Notes: generated from the letters alone by a model not told the origin. A stretch of 59,940 bases of DNA from an uncultured Chroococcidiopsis sp. (GCA_964248365.1 CAXTYC010000032.1:1-59940); one strand, 5' to 3'; positions 19,965-31,400 are shown, counted from the stretch's first letter. Translations and numbers: made by a program.

Positions 19965-21599
19965 CTAATTAGCCGATGTCAGATCGAACAGATAGAGTGT
20001 AACGAATTCTGCCGTTCCAGGGTAGTCAGTTTTGCCCACAAGCGGATAAGTTTGTCTCAATCGAGACAACAACTGGTCAGTTTTTTTGTGAGGTTTGTAT
20101 GGATATTCATTTGCATATTCTGGTGGGGATTCTCTAATGAAACCCAACTTGGTGTAACCTTGTTTGGCTTTGTCTTGGATGCGTTGCATTGTTATCGTCA
20201 ACAGTGCCGGATCTTGCCATATATCTGCGTAGCCTTGGGGACGAAATAGCTCTGGGCGATTCCAGCGGGCAAAACCGTAGAAGGGTAGACCCTGCTGCGA
20301 TTGGTAGTAACCGAAAGCCGGAGCTATATGATCGGGTGCAAGCACGTAGAAGGTATGTTGCGGGAGATTTTTTTGGGCATCAGCAGCTAGCGATCGCACA
20401 CCGGATTTTGCTACATTTCCCAAAGAAAGTGCGTAGCTCACATTTGGGTAGACTAGCCACAAACACACAGACACCAGCAACACGGTTCCCCACAGACTAA
20501 ATCGATAGAGGTATTTTTTCCTCAATTGCTCAAAGTATCGCCATAGGGCAACCACGCAACTACTGTAGACAATCCAAGCAATTGGTGTCAAGAAAAACAT
20601 ATAGCGTCCGCTATAGGAAAGAGCCGTTACTAAAAAAGCTCCTAACCCGATGATTGTAACTAGGATAGCCATAGGTGTGTCGCGCCACAAACGCAAGAAC
20701 TTCCTATCTTGAAAAAGAAGCCATCCAGCCAATACTAAAAATAATAGGATATGTATTGGATGTTGCCATACAGGCAAGAAATAGATGAGATTGACGATAA
20801 ATCTTTTCGGAATCTGCCATAAAGGAAATTTCTCCCGCCAGGGAGATCCTGTATGCAAGTGAGTAAGGAAAACTAGCAGCCAGGGTGTAAATAGTAAAAA
20901 AACTGCTGCAAAGGACAGGGTAAAGGGTATAATTTTTACCCTACCCTTTCTACGCCATAACAAGTAAAGGGTAATGACCGCTAAGCCACCAACCAGTAAT
21001 AAACCAGTATACTGGACATACAATAATAGGCTTGCACATAACACAAAGCCGAATAAGTACCATTTTTGGTGCTTACTGGTAAGTGCTTTGCAATACAGCA
21101 GTACTACTAGACAACTTAGTAAAGCCGTGAGGCTATAGGGTCGGGCTTCTTGGGAATAATAGATAGCCTCTGGTGCAATGGCAGTCAAAGCTGCTGCAAC
21201 AAAGCCAATTCTAGGTGATCCGACTACCCGACCCAATGTATAGACGGCGGCGATCGTTAGTAAAGCGAAGATGAGCGCAGGCAGTTTAAAGACTATTTCC
21301 CCCGCCCCAAACCACTGCATCCACTGGTGCATGAGCAGATAAAAGCCAGGAGGATTGAGTTCGCAGAGGGTAACGGTTTTTATCACTTCGCTCAAACTAG
21401 TTGGCAGCGCGTCAAAATAGGTAGAGCCTTCATCCCGCCAAACACCTAACCTAAGACTCGGTAAACGAAGCAGCAAGCCCAGCAAAACCAGGCTGCTACT
21501 CAAATAAATGTCATCTACTTTTCGCAATGGTTTCACAAGCCTAGAGTCAAAACTAACGACAAACCAACTGTACACTGTACAGTTGATAACACAAATCAT
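19965..21599 (-). CDS. GT-C (PMT_2 / family 39-like) membrane glycosyltransferase
   Basis: W.DE, NPPGFYLL, YYSQEARPYSL, many TM helices. Start may be the GTG at 21533. Confidence 0.85.
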   Translation of the reverse strand: MICVINCTVYSWFVVSFDSRLVKPLRKVDDIYLSSSLVLLGLLLRLPSLRLGVWRDEGSTYFDALPTSLSEVIKTVTLCELNPPGFYLLMHQWMQWFGAGEIVFKLPALIFALLTIAAVYTLGRVVGSPRIGFVAAALTAIAPEAIYYSQEARPYSLTALLSCLVVLLYCKALTSKHQKWYLFGFVLCASLLLYVQYTGLLLVGGLAVITLYLLWRRKGRVKIIPFTLSFAAVFLLFTPWLLVFLTHLHTGSPWREKFPLWQIPKRFIVNLIYFLPVWQHPIHILLFLVLAGWLLFQDRKFLRLWRDTPMAILVTIIGLGAFLVTALSYSGRYMFFLTPIAWIVYSSCVVALWRYFEQLRKKYLYRFSLWGTVLLVSVCLWLVYPNVSYALSLGNVAKSGVRSLAADAQKNLPQHTFYVLAPDHIAPAFGYYQSQQGLPFYGFARWNRPELFRPQGYADIWQDPALLTITMQRIQDKAKQGYTKLGFIRESPPEYANEYPYKPHKKTDQLLSRLRQTYPLVGKTDYPGTAEFVTLYLFDLTSAN

Positions 21600-21648
21600 A
21601 AGAATTGGCTTGAGTAAAGGGTTAGATAGAGATTAACCTCCTAACGCT

Positions 21649-23895
21649 TCACTTATTTTTACCAATTTTCAAGCCATAAGAATCCTCAGTTGTAACCGCA
21701 CCTTCTTGGGCTTCATATTTCTCTGAGTAATGGTAGAAGCTGTATGGTTCCCGCTCTGGGACAAATCCATTAATTACTTGACCTAGAATATGCTGTCCTG
21801 ACTGCTGTAAAAACTCTTTAGCACGAGCAGCGCTTGCAGTATCAATTACACCAGGTCGAACTACCAACACAACACCATCACTCATTTTACCCAAAATGGC
21901 AGCATCAGCAGCAACATTCACAGCAGGCGTGTCGATAATTATATAGTCGTAGTTAGCTTCAAAAACTTCAATTAGTGAAGCCATTCGCTGGGAGTCGAGC
22001 AGAGCCATTGGGTTAGGAGGAATTACGCCAGAGGTAAGGACATGAAGATTAGCCGTTATCTTTTTGATTGCTGTTCTTGGCTCAGTTTGACCGACAATAA
22101 TATTACTTAAGCCCAAGTGATTGGGCAGTTCCCAGATTTTATGCTGCAAGGGACGATGCATATCTGCATCTACTAGTAAAACCTTTCGTCCCATCTGAGC
22201 CATAGCTACAGCTAAATTAGCAGATACAGTTGACTTACCCTCTTTTGGTACGGAACTAGTTACTACAATTGCCTTTATTTCTTTATCAGAATTGAGAAAC
22301 TTCAGGTTCGCTTGCAGCATCCGATACGCTTGACTAAAGGGGGAGCGAGGAGATTCTCTTACAATAACTTGTGGAGTAGCCCGCTCCAAATCTCCATCGT
22401 GCAGGGATTTATCAGATTTTTTCAACGCTGGAATGACTCCTAGCAAGGTGAATCCAAATACCTTCCTAGCATCATCAATGCTTTTGATAGATTTATCTAT
22501 AGCCTCTAAAAAGTAAACAGTAGATCCTGAAGCTATCAGTCCTAGTAAAATTGCTGTTAACAATCCAAACTGACGAGAAGAAACTGGATCTTCTGGAACC
22601 AAGGCGGCTGAAATTACACGAGCATTACCTATATTTTGATTTTCTGCCAAGCGAATTTCTTCAAATTTTTGCAGCAGTAGTGAATATGTTGATTGTGCTG
22701 CTTGTAGTTGACGTTCTAGTTCACGCTGTTTTTGCTCTAGGCTTGGTAGAGAATTGAGCCTTTGCTTATAAGCCGCTTGCAAGCTGGATAAAGCAGTCAT
22801 TTGACTGGACAAACCCAAGCGTTTTGCTTCTGATTGGACATACTGTTCAGTTAGTCGTTGATCCAATCCACTGTTTTGTAAATTACTAGTAATGGTTGCG
22901 CTTTGAGCGCCAAAGCTATTTTTGACTCGTGCTTGTAGTAAACGCTGCAAGTTTGCTTTCTTATTTTTGAGCGACACTATCGTAGGATAATTTTCCTGAA
23001 AGCGACTGCGCTCGTTCGCCAACTGTGATTCTACCTGTTGGACTTCTTTGAGTACATCCTGTACTGCTGGCAACTGGCTGATGGAACTTAAAGTCTTTGA
23101 TTCGGGTAATCCTCTTCCTAGTTGTTTTTTTAATAAATCAGATTGTGCTTTAGCATCTGCAAGTCCAGTTTGAGTGGCGTTTATTTGTCTTTGCAAATCT
23201 GTAACCATCGATACTGCTGCTTTAGCTTCTTCATCTAGGGCAACAACTTTATTTTCTTCTTTGAATCGACGCAGATTTGACTCTGCTTGACGTAAGCTTG
23301 CTTGAGCTTGAGGTAATTGTTTCTGAAGGAACTCCCTAGCAGCTACAGCTTCGGCTCGGTTGGCAAGTAAGTTATTCTCAAGATATGCAGCCATCAAAGA
23401 ATTGACAATTGCTGCTGCTTGTTTAGGATTTGTATCTTTATACGAAACCTGCAATATGTCCGTTTTTGTGATTTCACTTACAGTAAGTTTTTTCACCAAT
23501 TGCTGGGGTTTGATCAAATTCCCGCTTTTATCTTTTAGCTCTAGCCTAGAAATAGTCTTTTGTATAATTGGAACCGAACGAATAACTTCTGCTTCCGTAT
23601 CTACAGGACTATTTTTGTCTTGCAAAGTATTTAGTTCTCCGATTTCCTTTCCCATTCCTGTAAGGGAAGGAGTAGGACTTGTCTTTCTAAACAGGAGTTT
23701 GCCTTGGGCTTCATAGATGGGCTTCTGGAATAGCAAACTTATAGCTGTAAGCGCAAAAACAGCCCCAAAGATAGCCCCTGCAGGTAGCCAACGACGCTGC
23801 AAAATCAGCCAATAACGCCCCAATCCCATAGAAGATTCTGTAGACTCATTAATAGACATGGGTAAAATTCGATGGTTAGAGAATAAATTTAACAC
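21649..23895 (-). CDS. wzc: Wzc/GumC polysaccharide co-polymerase with BY-kinase domain
   Basis: Wzz-type N-terminus, coiled coil, Walker A SSVPKEGKST, A' LVDAD, B IIIDTP, Tyr-rich tail YSFYHYSEKY. Confidence 0.9.
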   Translation of the reverse strand: MLNLFSNHRILPMSINESTESSMGLGRYWLILQRRWLPAGAIFGAVFALTAISLLFQKPIYEAQGKLLFRKTSPTPSLTGMGKEIGELNTLQDKNSPVDTEAEVIRSVPIIQKTISRLELKDKSGNLIKPQQLVKKLTVSEITKTDILQVSYKDTNPKQAAAIVNSLMAAYLENNLLANRAEAVAAREFLQKQLPQAQASLRQAESNLRRFKEENKVVALDEEAKAAVSMVTDLQRQINATQTGLADAKAQSDLLKKQLGRGLPESKTLSSISQLPAVQDVLKEVQQVESQLANERSRFQENYPTIVSLKNKKANLQRLLQARVKNSFGAQSATITSNLQNSGLDQRLTEQYVQSEAKRLGLSSQMTALSSLQAAYKQRLNSLPSLEQKQRELERQLQAAQSTYSLLLQKFEEIRLAENQNIGNARVISAALVPEDPVSSRQFGLLTAILLGLIASGSTVYFLEAIDKSIKSIDDARKVFGFTLLGVIPALKKSDKSLHDGDLERATPQVIVRESPRSPFSQAYRMLQANLKFLNSDKEIKAIVVTSSVPKEGKSTVSANLAVAMAQMGRKVLLVDADMHRPLQHKIWELPNHLGLSNIIVGQTEPRTAIKKITANLHVLTSGVIPPNPMALLDSQRMASLIEVFEANYDYIIIDTPAVNVAADAAILGKMSDGVVLVVRPGVIDTASAARAKEFLQQSGQHILGQVINGFVPEREPYSFYHYSEKYEAQEGAVTTEDSYGLKIGKNK

Positions 23896-24024
23896 TTAAT
23901 GATTATACTGATCCTAACTTGCAGGTGAGGTATAATCAATATCTAGCAATTTAAAATTGCCAACAACGTTCAAAGATTGTGTAAATATTTATATAACTAT
24001 AGAAGATTATATTGAGTATTTTGC

Positions 24025-25317
24025 TTAAGAAGAACCGGACAAACGGCGCTGCCACTCGTCATCTTCGTCAGCACCTGCTTGCCCATCCAATAAATCAGTT
24101 TCAGTTGTATAAACTAAATCATCCTGGTTTATTACTGTTTCTGCTGCAAAAGAGTGAGCATAGGCAATTTTTTGTTGTAGAGATGGATCTGCGCTTGCCA
24201 ACAATCTTGCCCGTTGTTGTCGTTGGTGGTTGCGATCGCTAATCTTTTCATTGCGCCACCCATTCCAAAAATAACGCACCAAGGGTACAACCAAAAAAGC
24301 TGTACCGTAGCCGAATAACAACCAATAAATGCCTTGCACAAAGGCGACAAGTCCACCAAAAGATGCAGCAGCGCTTCCATCTGCTAACAATCTTCCCAGT
24401 ACCAAAAGTCCGACAAAATTCAGCACACCCAAGCTAGTAGTGAGCATAATTTGTCCCCCACTTGCCGCACTGAAACGATACTTTAACTCCTCCAGGTAAT
24501 CTGGTACTGTTGTAGAATTGCGTTTGGATGCTGTAACTTGTAGTTCAGGAAAGTAATAGACAATCTGCCCTTCTGGGCTTACCGTTGGTTGACCATTGAA
24601 CCGAGTAAGCACTGGTAGCATATAATCTTCGTACTCCCTAGCATAACCCTCCCCAATATCATCCAAATAGGGAGCAATTTGCTCGGCTACCACAGCTCCA
24701 CGATTATTACGTATAACAGAAGCAATGATTGAAAAGCGCTTGTCTTCTAAGTTGGCATTAGGATTACCATCGCCAAACAAGAACGAGAAAACGGCTTCAA
24801 AGAAATTCAACTCTCTTGCTTCTCGTCGCCGCTGCTGATATTGAGTGTTATATGTCGGAGAGAAAACCCAGAACCAATCGGAACTAACCCACAAGTATGG
24901 CATATATATCATGCCACTACCCTCACTGGGGCGATCGCCTCTAGAGTTACCGTCTCTATTCATCGAAGCCAGAATAATCGTAATGGCGATCGCTATTAGG
25001 GCGATTGAAATTAGTAAGATGATTCCAAAAGAAATCCGAATCAGATAAAACAAAACCTTCCAGACTTTTTGCCACCATTCCTGCAACCGCAAGCGTAAGA
25101 ACTTGTTACGCACAACTGCGCGGAAGTTTTTGGGAAACAGATAAACAATTTCCCCCGAAGAGGCTACCTGCAAGTGTCCACCCGCATCCCTAGCCAGGGT
25201 TAATAATCCTTGTTGAGCTAGATTAACATTTAGCCCTGCAATTCCTGCAACATCACCAACAGTAACGCGGTAGCCCAAGCGTTCCACAGCTTGCATAATG
25301 GCGGGATTAGGAGCCAT
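24025..25317 (-). CDS. Conserved cyanobacterial/plastid membrane protein of unknown function
   Basis: RVTVGDVA, FSFLFGDGNPN, GAVVAEQIAPYLD and PVL.RF.G.P blocks recognised as a conserved family. Confidence 0.75.
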   Translation of the reverse strand: MAPNPAIMQAVERLGYRVTVGDVAGIAGLNVNLAQQGLLTLARDAGGHLQVASSGEIVYLFPKNFRAVVRNKFLRLRLQEWWQKVWKVLFYLIRISFGIILLISIALIAIAITIILASMNRDGNSRGDRPSEGSGMIYMPYLWVSSDWFWVFSPTYNTQYQQRRREARELNFFEAVFSFLFGDGNPNANLEDKRFSIIASVIRNNRGAVVAEQIAPYLDDIGEGYAREYEDYMLPVLTRFNGQPTVSPEGQIVYYFPELQVTASKRNSTTVPDYLEELKYRFSAASGGQIMLTTSLGVLNFVGLLVLGRLLADGSAAASFGGLVAFVQGIYWLLFGYGTAFLVVPLVRYFWNGWRNEKISDRNHQRQQRARLLASADPSLQQKIAYAHSFAAETVINQDDLVYTTETDLLDGQAGADEDDEWQRRLSGSS

Positions 25318-25395
25318 GTTGCCTCAATCAAAATTGTCTTCTGTTCTTAGTATAGAGTTTTGCTTTTAGGATAAGCTGGGGACAACCCGACAACA

Positions 25396-25574
25396 AGGGC
25401 AAGGGGAAAAGGGAAAGGGGTAAAGGTTAAAGGATGAAGGATAAAGGATAAAAGGAAAGGGGAAAGGTTGAAAGATGTTCGCTTAGTTGCCGCCGACTAG
25501 GTTGAAGACTAAAGGCTAAAGATTAAATTTCATACTTCATACTTCACACTTTATACTTCGTTCTTCATACTTTT
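25396..25574. repeat. Heptamer short tandem repeats (AAAGGRT/AAAGGGG and CTTCATA types)
   Basis: Two degenerate 7-mer runs in the intergenic space, roughly complementary to each other. Confidence 0.8.
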
Positions 25575-25579
25575 AGGGT

Positions 25580-25957
25580 TCAGCGCAGCTTGTGAATGTT
25601 ATCTTCCCAATTTGCGCCATCAAAAGGCACGATTTCAAACTCATTGACTGCATCGCCATCGAGACAGCGGACATTGACATCAATGCAATCAGGATGCGAT
25701 CGCGGACGGTAAAATGAGTGAATCCCACAGATGCGGCAAAACATATGCTGGGCAACACCAGTATTAAACCTATATGTTGTCAATACATCCGCCCCTTGCA
25801 ACAAGGTAAACTGCTCTGGAGGGACAATTAAATGTAAAAAACCTTTCTTTTTGCAAATCGAGCAGTTACAATCGTCCGCTTTATGCTTATCCACCACTAC
25901 CCGAAAGCGAACTGCTCCACAATGACAACCACCTTCATACACGTTGGTTTTATGCAT
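25580..25957 (-). CDS. GFA / CENP-V family zinc-binding protein
   Basis: GGCHCGAVRF, CNCSIC, H.FC..CG. Confidence 0.93.
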   Translation of the reverse strand: MHKTNVYEGGCHCGAVRFRVVVDKHKADDCNCSICKKKGFLHLIVPPEQFTLLQGADVLTTYRFNTGVAQHMFCRICGIHSFYRPRSHPDCIDVNVRCLDGDAVNEFEIVPFDGANWEDNIHKLR

Positions 25958-26056
25958 TTTTCGACCTTAATCTTGTCCTTTGTGTTTAAGAGTAAATATT
26001 GACATTATTTCTTAAACTTATGACACTATGAGGGCGATCGCCTATTAAAGAGCAAC

Positions 26057-26077
26057 GGTGGGCAATGCCCACCCTAC
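26057..26077. repeat. GTAGGGTGGGCA-family palindrome (partial)
   Basis: GGTGGGCAATGCCCACCCTAC; matches the full copy at 30780. Confidence 0.75.
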
Positions 26078-26119
26078 TACTTAATATTGTCAAATTATCA
26101 ATCATCAATTGTTAATTGA

Positions 26120-27748
26120 TTAAGAGCTTGGTTCCCCACCAGAGGCTACAGGGGCTATAGTACTCAATTTCAACTGGGGGTGGTCTGACTCTACTTGCTG
26201 GCAATTCCATTCGTTGCGGAACAATAATACTGGGTTTCCCCAATAATCTTTTACTGTTACTGTGTTGAATAGTCGCCCCACTTTTTCCAAAGCTTCCCAA
26301 CCCCCAGTTACCCAGCGAGTGACTGTGTAAGGTAGCATCTCCAATTGAGTCTCTACGCCATATTCATTTTGCAAGCGGAATTGCACTACCTCAAATTGCA
26401 ACTGTCCCACTGCTGCTAAAATCGGATCGCGCTTCGATTCATCTACCGAGTACATAATCTGTACTGCGCCTTCTTCCCGTAACTCTGAAACACCTTTTTG
26501 GAATTGCTTAAACTTGGAGGGATTGGGGTTGCGCAAAATAGCATACAGTTCTGGTGAAAAAGCCGGAATACCTTCATACTCTAGCTTCTGACCTGTGTAA
26601 ATCGTATCGCCGATCGCAAACACCCCAGGATTATTTAAACCAATCACATCCCCTGGATAGGCGACATCAATTGATTCTCGGTCTTGGGCAAATAATTTCT
26701 GAGGTCTTGACAAACGGACACTTTTACCCGTTCGGGCATGATTGACGATCATGTCTTTTTCAAACCTACCAGTGCAGACGCGGATAAATGCCACGCGATC
26801 GCGGTGTTTCGGGTCCATATTTGCTTGGAGTTTAAACACAAATCCCGAAAATTCTGGGTAAGTCGGTGGAACTTCCCCAATGCTACTGCGGTGGGATTCT
26901 GGTTTGAGAGCGTAGTCGAGGAAGGCATTCAAGAATAACTCCACACCAAAGTTGGTCATGGCGCTACCAAAGAACACTGGTGTCATTTTGCCTTGATGAA
27001 CCTCTTCCAGATCTAGTTCTGCTCCGACTCCTTCTAGCAGTTCTAAGTCGTCTTTCAGTTGGTAGTAGAGGTCTTGTTCTAACAACTGTTCGATCTGTGG
27101 ATCTCCCAAGTCTATAATCGTATCCCGCGCCGCCTTGCTACCGTGAGCGCTACGTTCAAATAGATGAATTTGTTGTGTCCGACGGTCAAATACACCTTTG
27201 AAGCGATCGCCCATACCTATAGGCCAGTTTACCGCATAAGTCTGTAAACCTAATTCTTGCTCAATTTCGTCTAGCAATTCCAATGGTTCACGCCCTGGAC
27301 GGTCGAGTTTGTTAACAAAGGTAAAGATAGGAAGTGATCGCATCCGGCAAACTTCAAACAATTTGCGCGTTTGGGGTTCCAAACCTTTAGCAGCATCAAT
27401 CAACATCACAGCATTATCTGCCGCTGCCAAGGTACGATAGGTATCTTCACTAAAATCTTGGTGTCCTGGTGTGTCCAGTAGATTGATCTGACAATTTTTA
27501 TACTCAAACTGTAAGACGGTTGAGGTAATAGAAATTCCTCGCTGTTGCTCCATCGCCATCCAGTCAGAGGTAGCCTTGCGCTGCGCTCGCCGCGCCTTAA
27601 CTGCACCCGCTTCATGAATTGCACCCCCATACAGCAACAGTTTTTCTGTTAGGGTAGTTTTACCTGCGTCTGGGTGGGAGATAATAGCAAAATTGCGCCG
27701 ACGCTCAACGGCTGTTTGTAATTCAGTCTGTAGGTCATTGGATATCAT
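26120..27748 (-). CDS. prfC: Peptide chain release factor 3
   Basis: [57 protein letters not shown]. Confidence 0.98.
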   Translation of the reverse strand: MISNDLQTELQTAVERRRNFAIISHPDAGKTTLTEKLLLYGGAIHEAGAVKARRAQRKATSDWMAMEQQRGISITSTVLQFEYKNCQINLLDTPGHQDFSEDTYRTLAAADNAVMLIDAAKGLEPQTRKLFEVCRMRSLPIFTFVNKLDRPGREPLELLDEIEQELGLQTYAVNWPIGMGDRFKGVFDRRTQQIHLFERSAHGSKAARDTIIDLGDPQIEQLLEQDLYYQLKDDLELLEGVGAELDLEEVHQGKMTPVFFGSAMTNFGVELFLNAFLDYALKPESHRSSIGEVPPTYPEFSGFVFKLQANMDPKHRDRVAFIRVCTGRFEKDMIVNHARTGKSVRLSRPQKLFAQDRESIDVAYPGDVIGLNNPGVFAIGDTIYTGQKLEYEGIPAFSPELYAILRNPNPSKFKQFQKGVSELREEGAVQIMYSVDESKRDPILAAVGQLQFEVVQFRLQNEYGVETQLEMLPYTVTRWVTGGWEALEKVGRLFNTVTVKDYWGNPVLLFRNEWNCQQVESDHPQLKLSTIAPVASGGEPSS

Positions 27749-28100
27749 GAAGCTAAGCTGTAGGATCTTACAGGTATTAAAATGCAGAATTTAGCACAAT
27801 CAGACATATTTCTTCTAGGATAACAATCTGCAACCCACAAAAATGTGTTTTTATGTACGACGGCGATCGCCGTTGAGTGTCAGCATTACTCTTATGTCTA
27901 TCAATAATTTGACGGTTGGGTTATAAATTCGTCAGCTTTTTTGTGCCAAATTGCAACACACAATTGCTGGAGCGCATTTCTGCCTAAAGAGCGGTGGAGT
28001 TTATAAAGTGCAAGCTGTAGTCTGTTAAAGGTAGTAAAAACCACACATTACCATAATTAAATTTATTTTAAAATTAGTTTAAGTGAGGAATGTAGTTAGT

Positions 28101-28436
28101 ATGTACGATCCAGACAAGAGAAAATTATTGTCAGCGCTGGCTCATGGCTCGATATTTTTTAGCCTTCTAGGTGTATCTATTGGAATTCCAATTGCCATAT
28201 TATTCGTATCAGACGATCCAGTTGTGAAAGAAAACGCCAAGGAAGCACTAAACTTTCACTTTAACGTCTGGCTTTACGGCATAATCTTTGGAGTGCTGAC
28301 GCTCGTATTAATCGGTTTCCTTCTGCTAGGAATCTTGCAGCTTATCAATGTCATCCTACCAGTATTGGCAATTCTCCAAGCTTTGAGCAATCCTGATCAG
28401 CCATATCGCTACCCGTTCATTTTCCGGCTGTTATAA
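28101..28436 (+). CDS. DUF4870-type small membrane protein
   Basis: LAH, AKEALNFH and YRYPFI.R motifs; ATG at 28101. Confidence 0.8.
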   Translation: MYDPDKRKLLSALAHGSIFFSLLGVSIGIPIAILFVSDDPVVKENAKEALNFHFNVWLYGIIFGVLTLVLIGFLLLGILQLINVILPVLAILQALSNPDQPYRYPFIFRLL

Positions 28437-28494
28437 GTTTAACTTTCGGCAGTAGCATCAGGCGATCGCCCACAGTGGCTCAAATATATTCAGT

Positions 28495-28526
28495 TGTAGA
28501 GACGCGCTATTGATTGCGTCTCTACA
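28495..28526. repeat. GTAGAGACG-family REP-like palindrome
   Basis: TGTAGAGACGC...GCGTCTCTACA inverted arms. Confidence 0.8.
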
Positions 28527-28655
28527 CTTGTAAATAGCACCAGTAATTTTTGCTACTTGCGACGAGGACAGGTCTATCTTAGGGTTCTACTCAAATTATG
28601 AAGAAATTTTCTAGCCTAATCTTATAGCCCAATTCACCATAGGAAAAAGATTTGT

Positions 28656-29225
28656 ATGACAACCAACGTTTCTGGTGATATCAACAAAAGTAAGAATGGG
28701 TCACTTGCGATCGGTGTTTTCTTGATTGTATTGGGTATTTTGGCGATCGCTCTGCCTAATGTAGCAACGATTGCGATCGAGACTTGGATTGCTATAATTC
28801 TTGCTTCGGCGGGAACTGCTAAGTTATTCTATGCGTTTCAAACCCGCAACCAAGGCGGCTTCGCTTGGAAGTTGGTTTTGAGCATCCTTTACATTGCGAC
28901 GGGCGTGATGCTGTTTGTTAACCCCTTAACAGGTGTCCTAACGCTGACTTTATTGCTAGGTAGCTTTTTGCTGACTGAAGGTGTGTTCGAGCTGATCCTC
29001 GCATTTCGGTTACGTCCACAACCCAACTGGACATGGGTGCTGACTGATGGCATCATTACTCTAGTGCTGGGCGGCATAGTTTGGTTTCAATGGCCCTTTG
29101 ATGCGCCCTGGCTAATTGGGACGTTTGTTGGCGCTAGCGTTATCTTCACTGGCATTTCGCGCGTAATGCTGTCGTTAAATGCACAGTCAGCCCTGAATCA
29201 ATCCAACACTTCGGCAAGCATATAA
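28656..29225 (+). CDS. HdeD-family membrane protein
   Basis: Six TM helices with the duplicated G..l..lG.l....P HdeD pattern. Confidence 0.85.
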   Translation: MTTNVSGDINKSKNGSLAIGVFLIVLGILAIALPNVATIAIETWIAIILASAGTAKLFYAFQTRNQGGFAWKLVLSILYIATGVMLFVNPLTGVLTLTLLLGSFLLTEGVFELILAFRLRPQPNWTWVLTDGIITLVLGGIVWFQWPFDAPWLIGTFVGASVIFTGISRVMLSLNAQSALNQSNTSASI

Positions 29226-29272
29226 AGCGATACTATATTTGTTGAAAACAGTGGCATTTTAACAAAAAACTC

Positions 29273-29650
29273 ATGCCCAAGTCAGTGAATCTCGCCTCTT
29301 GTCGCACGATCGCTGCTACCCTAACTTTATTAGCAGCGATCGCTCTTTCTAGTTGTAATAAAAATAACGAGTCGGTCAGTACTAGCTCACAAAGCACACC
29401 TAATAGTAGCTCAACTACTTCGCCGGATGGTGCAAACACACCCACATCTACATCTGTAGCAGGAACACAAGGGGTTGCACCATCTGGAACAACTTGTCCA
29501 AATGCAAATCCTATCAAGGGTGTTAATAGTAAAAGATTGGGAAAAATTGCCCTTACTACCAATGCTCCTGAATACAGCAGCATTAAGCCCGAAAAATGTT
29601 TTCCCGATACAGCCACAGCCCAAAATGCAGGTTATAAAGTGCCTAAATAA
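29273..29650 (+). CDS. Hypothetical lipoprotein with S/T linker and small C-terminal domain
   Basis: Lipobox LSSC; C-terminal CP...PIKG...KI.....Y....PEKCF.....A..AGY domain. Confidence 0.7.
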   Translation: MPKSVNLASCRTIAATLTLLAAIALSSCNKNNESVSTSSQSTPNSSSTTSPDGANTPTSTSVAGTQGVAPSGTTCPNANPIKGVNSKRLGKIALTTNAPEYSSIKPEKCFPDTATAQNAGYKVPK

Positions 29651-29796
29651 GACCTTGAATTGGGAAAGAGTTTGACATAAAGGTGTGTTGCAAATTCTGT
29701 CAAAACGTTACGTGAGGGCTTACTATACTTTTTGAAGATGAGCCTAGATGTGGGCGCAACTCCTTTCGTTAGTTTTTCAATTTTTATTACAACGTC

Positions 29797-30777
29797 ATGT
29801 TTCCAACCCTTCGCCCTCGCCGCCTAAGAACCCATCCCCAATTGCGCCGGATGGTGCGTGAAACTGTTTTAACAACTAGTGATTTAATTTACCCTTTGTT
29901 TGCCGTACCAGGTGAGGGCATAGCTAAAGAAGTGAAATCTATGCCAGGAGTCTATCAGTTATCGGTAGACAAGATTGTCGAAGAAGCCAAAGAAGTCTAT
30001 GACCTTGGCATCCCTGGTATTATATTGTTTGGCATTCCTGAAGATAAGGACATAGATGCAACTGGTGCATGGCATGATTGTGGCATTGTACAAAAAGCGG
30101 CTGGTGCTGTCAAAGAAGCAGTACCAGATTTAATTGTAATTGCCGACACTTGCTTATGTGAGTATACAACTCACGGTCACTGTGGATATTTGGAAGTTGA
30201 TGACTTAACAGGGCGGGTTTTGAATGACCCGACTTTGGAATTACTGAAGAAAACAGCAGTTTCTCAGGCAAAAGCAGGAGCTGATATTATCGCGCCTTCG
30301 GGCATGATGGACGGATTTGTCCAGTCAATTCGTGAAGGTTTGGATGCGGCAGGGTTTGCGGATACGCCGATTTTATCCTATGCTGCTAAGTATGCTTCGG
30401 CTTATTATGGTCCATTTCGAGATGCAGCTGAGTCTACACCACAATTTGGCGATCGCCGCACCTATCAAATGGACCCAGGCAATGCTCGTGAAGCGATCAA
30501 AGAAATACAACTTGATATAGCCGAAGGAGCAGATATGCTAATGGTTAAGCCAGCTTTAGCATACATGGATATCATCTGGCGAGTCAAGGAAGCAACTAAC
30601 CTACCCGTTGCCGCTTACAATGTATCTGGGGAATATGCCATGATCAAGGCAGCTGCCCTGAACGGCTGGATTGACGAACAGCGGGTAGTGATGGAAACTT
30701 TAACTGGTTTTAAACGGGCTGGTTCTGACTTGATTTTGACCTATCATGCCAAAGACGCTGCCCGTTGGTTAGATTAG
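29797..30777 (+). CDS. hemB: Porphobilinogen synthase
   Basis: [42 protein letters not shown]. Confidence 0.98.
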   Translation: MFPTLRPRRLRTHPQLRRMVRETVLTTSDLIYPLFAVPGEGIAKEVKSMPGVYQLSVDKIVEEAKEVYDLGIPGIILFGIPEDKDIDATGAWHDCGIVQKAAGAVKEAVPDLIVIADTCLCEYTTHGHCGYLEVDDLTGRVLNDPTLELLKKTAVSQAKAGADIIAPSGMMDGFVQSIREGLDAAGFADTPILSYAAKYASAYYGPFRDAAESTPQFGDRRTYQMDPGNAREAIKEIQLDIAEGADMLMVKPALAYMDIIWRVKEATNLPVAAYNVSGEYAMIKAAALNGWIDEQRVVMETLTGFKRAGSDLILTYHAKDAARWLD

Positions 30778-30779
30778 CT

Positions 30780-30806
30780 AGTAGGGTGGGCATTGCCCAC
30801 CCTACT
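30780..30806. repeat. GTAGGGTGGGCA-family perfect palindrome (REP-like, possible terminator)
   Basis: AGTAGGGTGGGCA-T-TGCCCACCCTACT immediately after the hemB stop. Confidence 0.85.
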
Positions 30807-30902
30807 GTTGTAGGCAATTTTCATAACTTTGATATATTTTAGACACCAATTAGTCATACACAGTATATATATTGAAAATATATGTTATTAGCCATTAATA
30901 AA

Positions 30903-31400
30903 ATGAAAGCTTCACAAGTTGTAGTTACAACTATCCTTCTTTCCTTACTTGCTGCTTGTGGAAACAACACGACAGCACAACAAACTTCTTCTAGTAGTTC
31001 TCCTGCTACTACTGTTAGTTCTCCTGCTACTACAAGTGCAAATACATCAAACAATGTAACCAAAATTGATGTTAAAGAAAAGGAAATGAAGATAATTCCT
31101 TCATCAAATACTGCACCAGCAGGACAAATTGACTTTGTAGTCAAAAATGTGGGACGAATGCCCCATGAATTAGTAGTGTTTAAAACAGATTTGCCCATCG
31201 ACAAGCTACCACAAAAAAATGGTGAGATGGATGAAAAGGGTGCAGGTGTCAAAAACGTTGCTGATACTGGAGACAACTATATAAAAAGTGGGGAAACTAG
31301 GAAACTTCGCGCCCTTCTGACTCCTGGTAACTATGTGCTTGTGTGCAACTTACCTGGACACTTTTCAGGAGGCATGAAAACTGCATTTGTAGTTAAGTAA
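30903..31400 (+). CDS. Cupredoxin (blue copper, sulfocyanin/auracyanin-like) lipoprotein
   Basis: Lipobox LAAC; type-1 copper ligands PHELVV and CNLPGHFSGGM. Confidence 0.87.
   Translation: MKASQVVVTTILLSLLAACGNNTTAQQTSSSSSPATTVSSPATTSANTSNNVTKIDVKEKEMKIIPSSNTAPAGQIDFVVKNVGRMPHELVVFKTDLPIDKLPQKNGEMDEKGAGVKNVADTGDNYIKSGETRKLRALLTPGNYVLVCNLPGHFSGGMKTAFVVK

Noticed and set aside
29233..29616. 127-aa minus-strand ORF, and similar shadow ORFs at 30854, 43620 and 52598
   Set aside because: Antisense shadows of well-supported genes with no motifs of their own.
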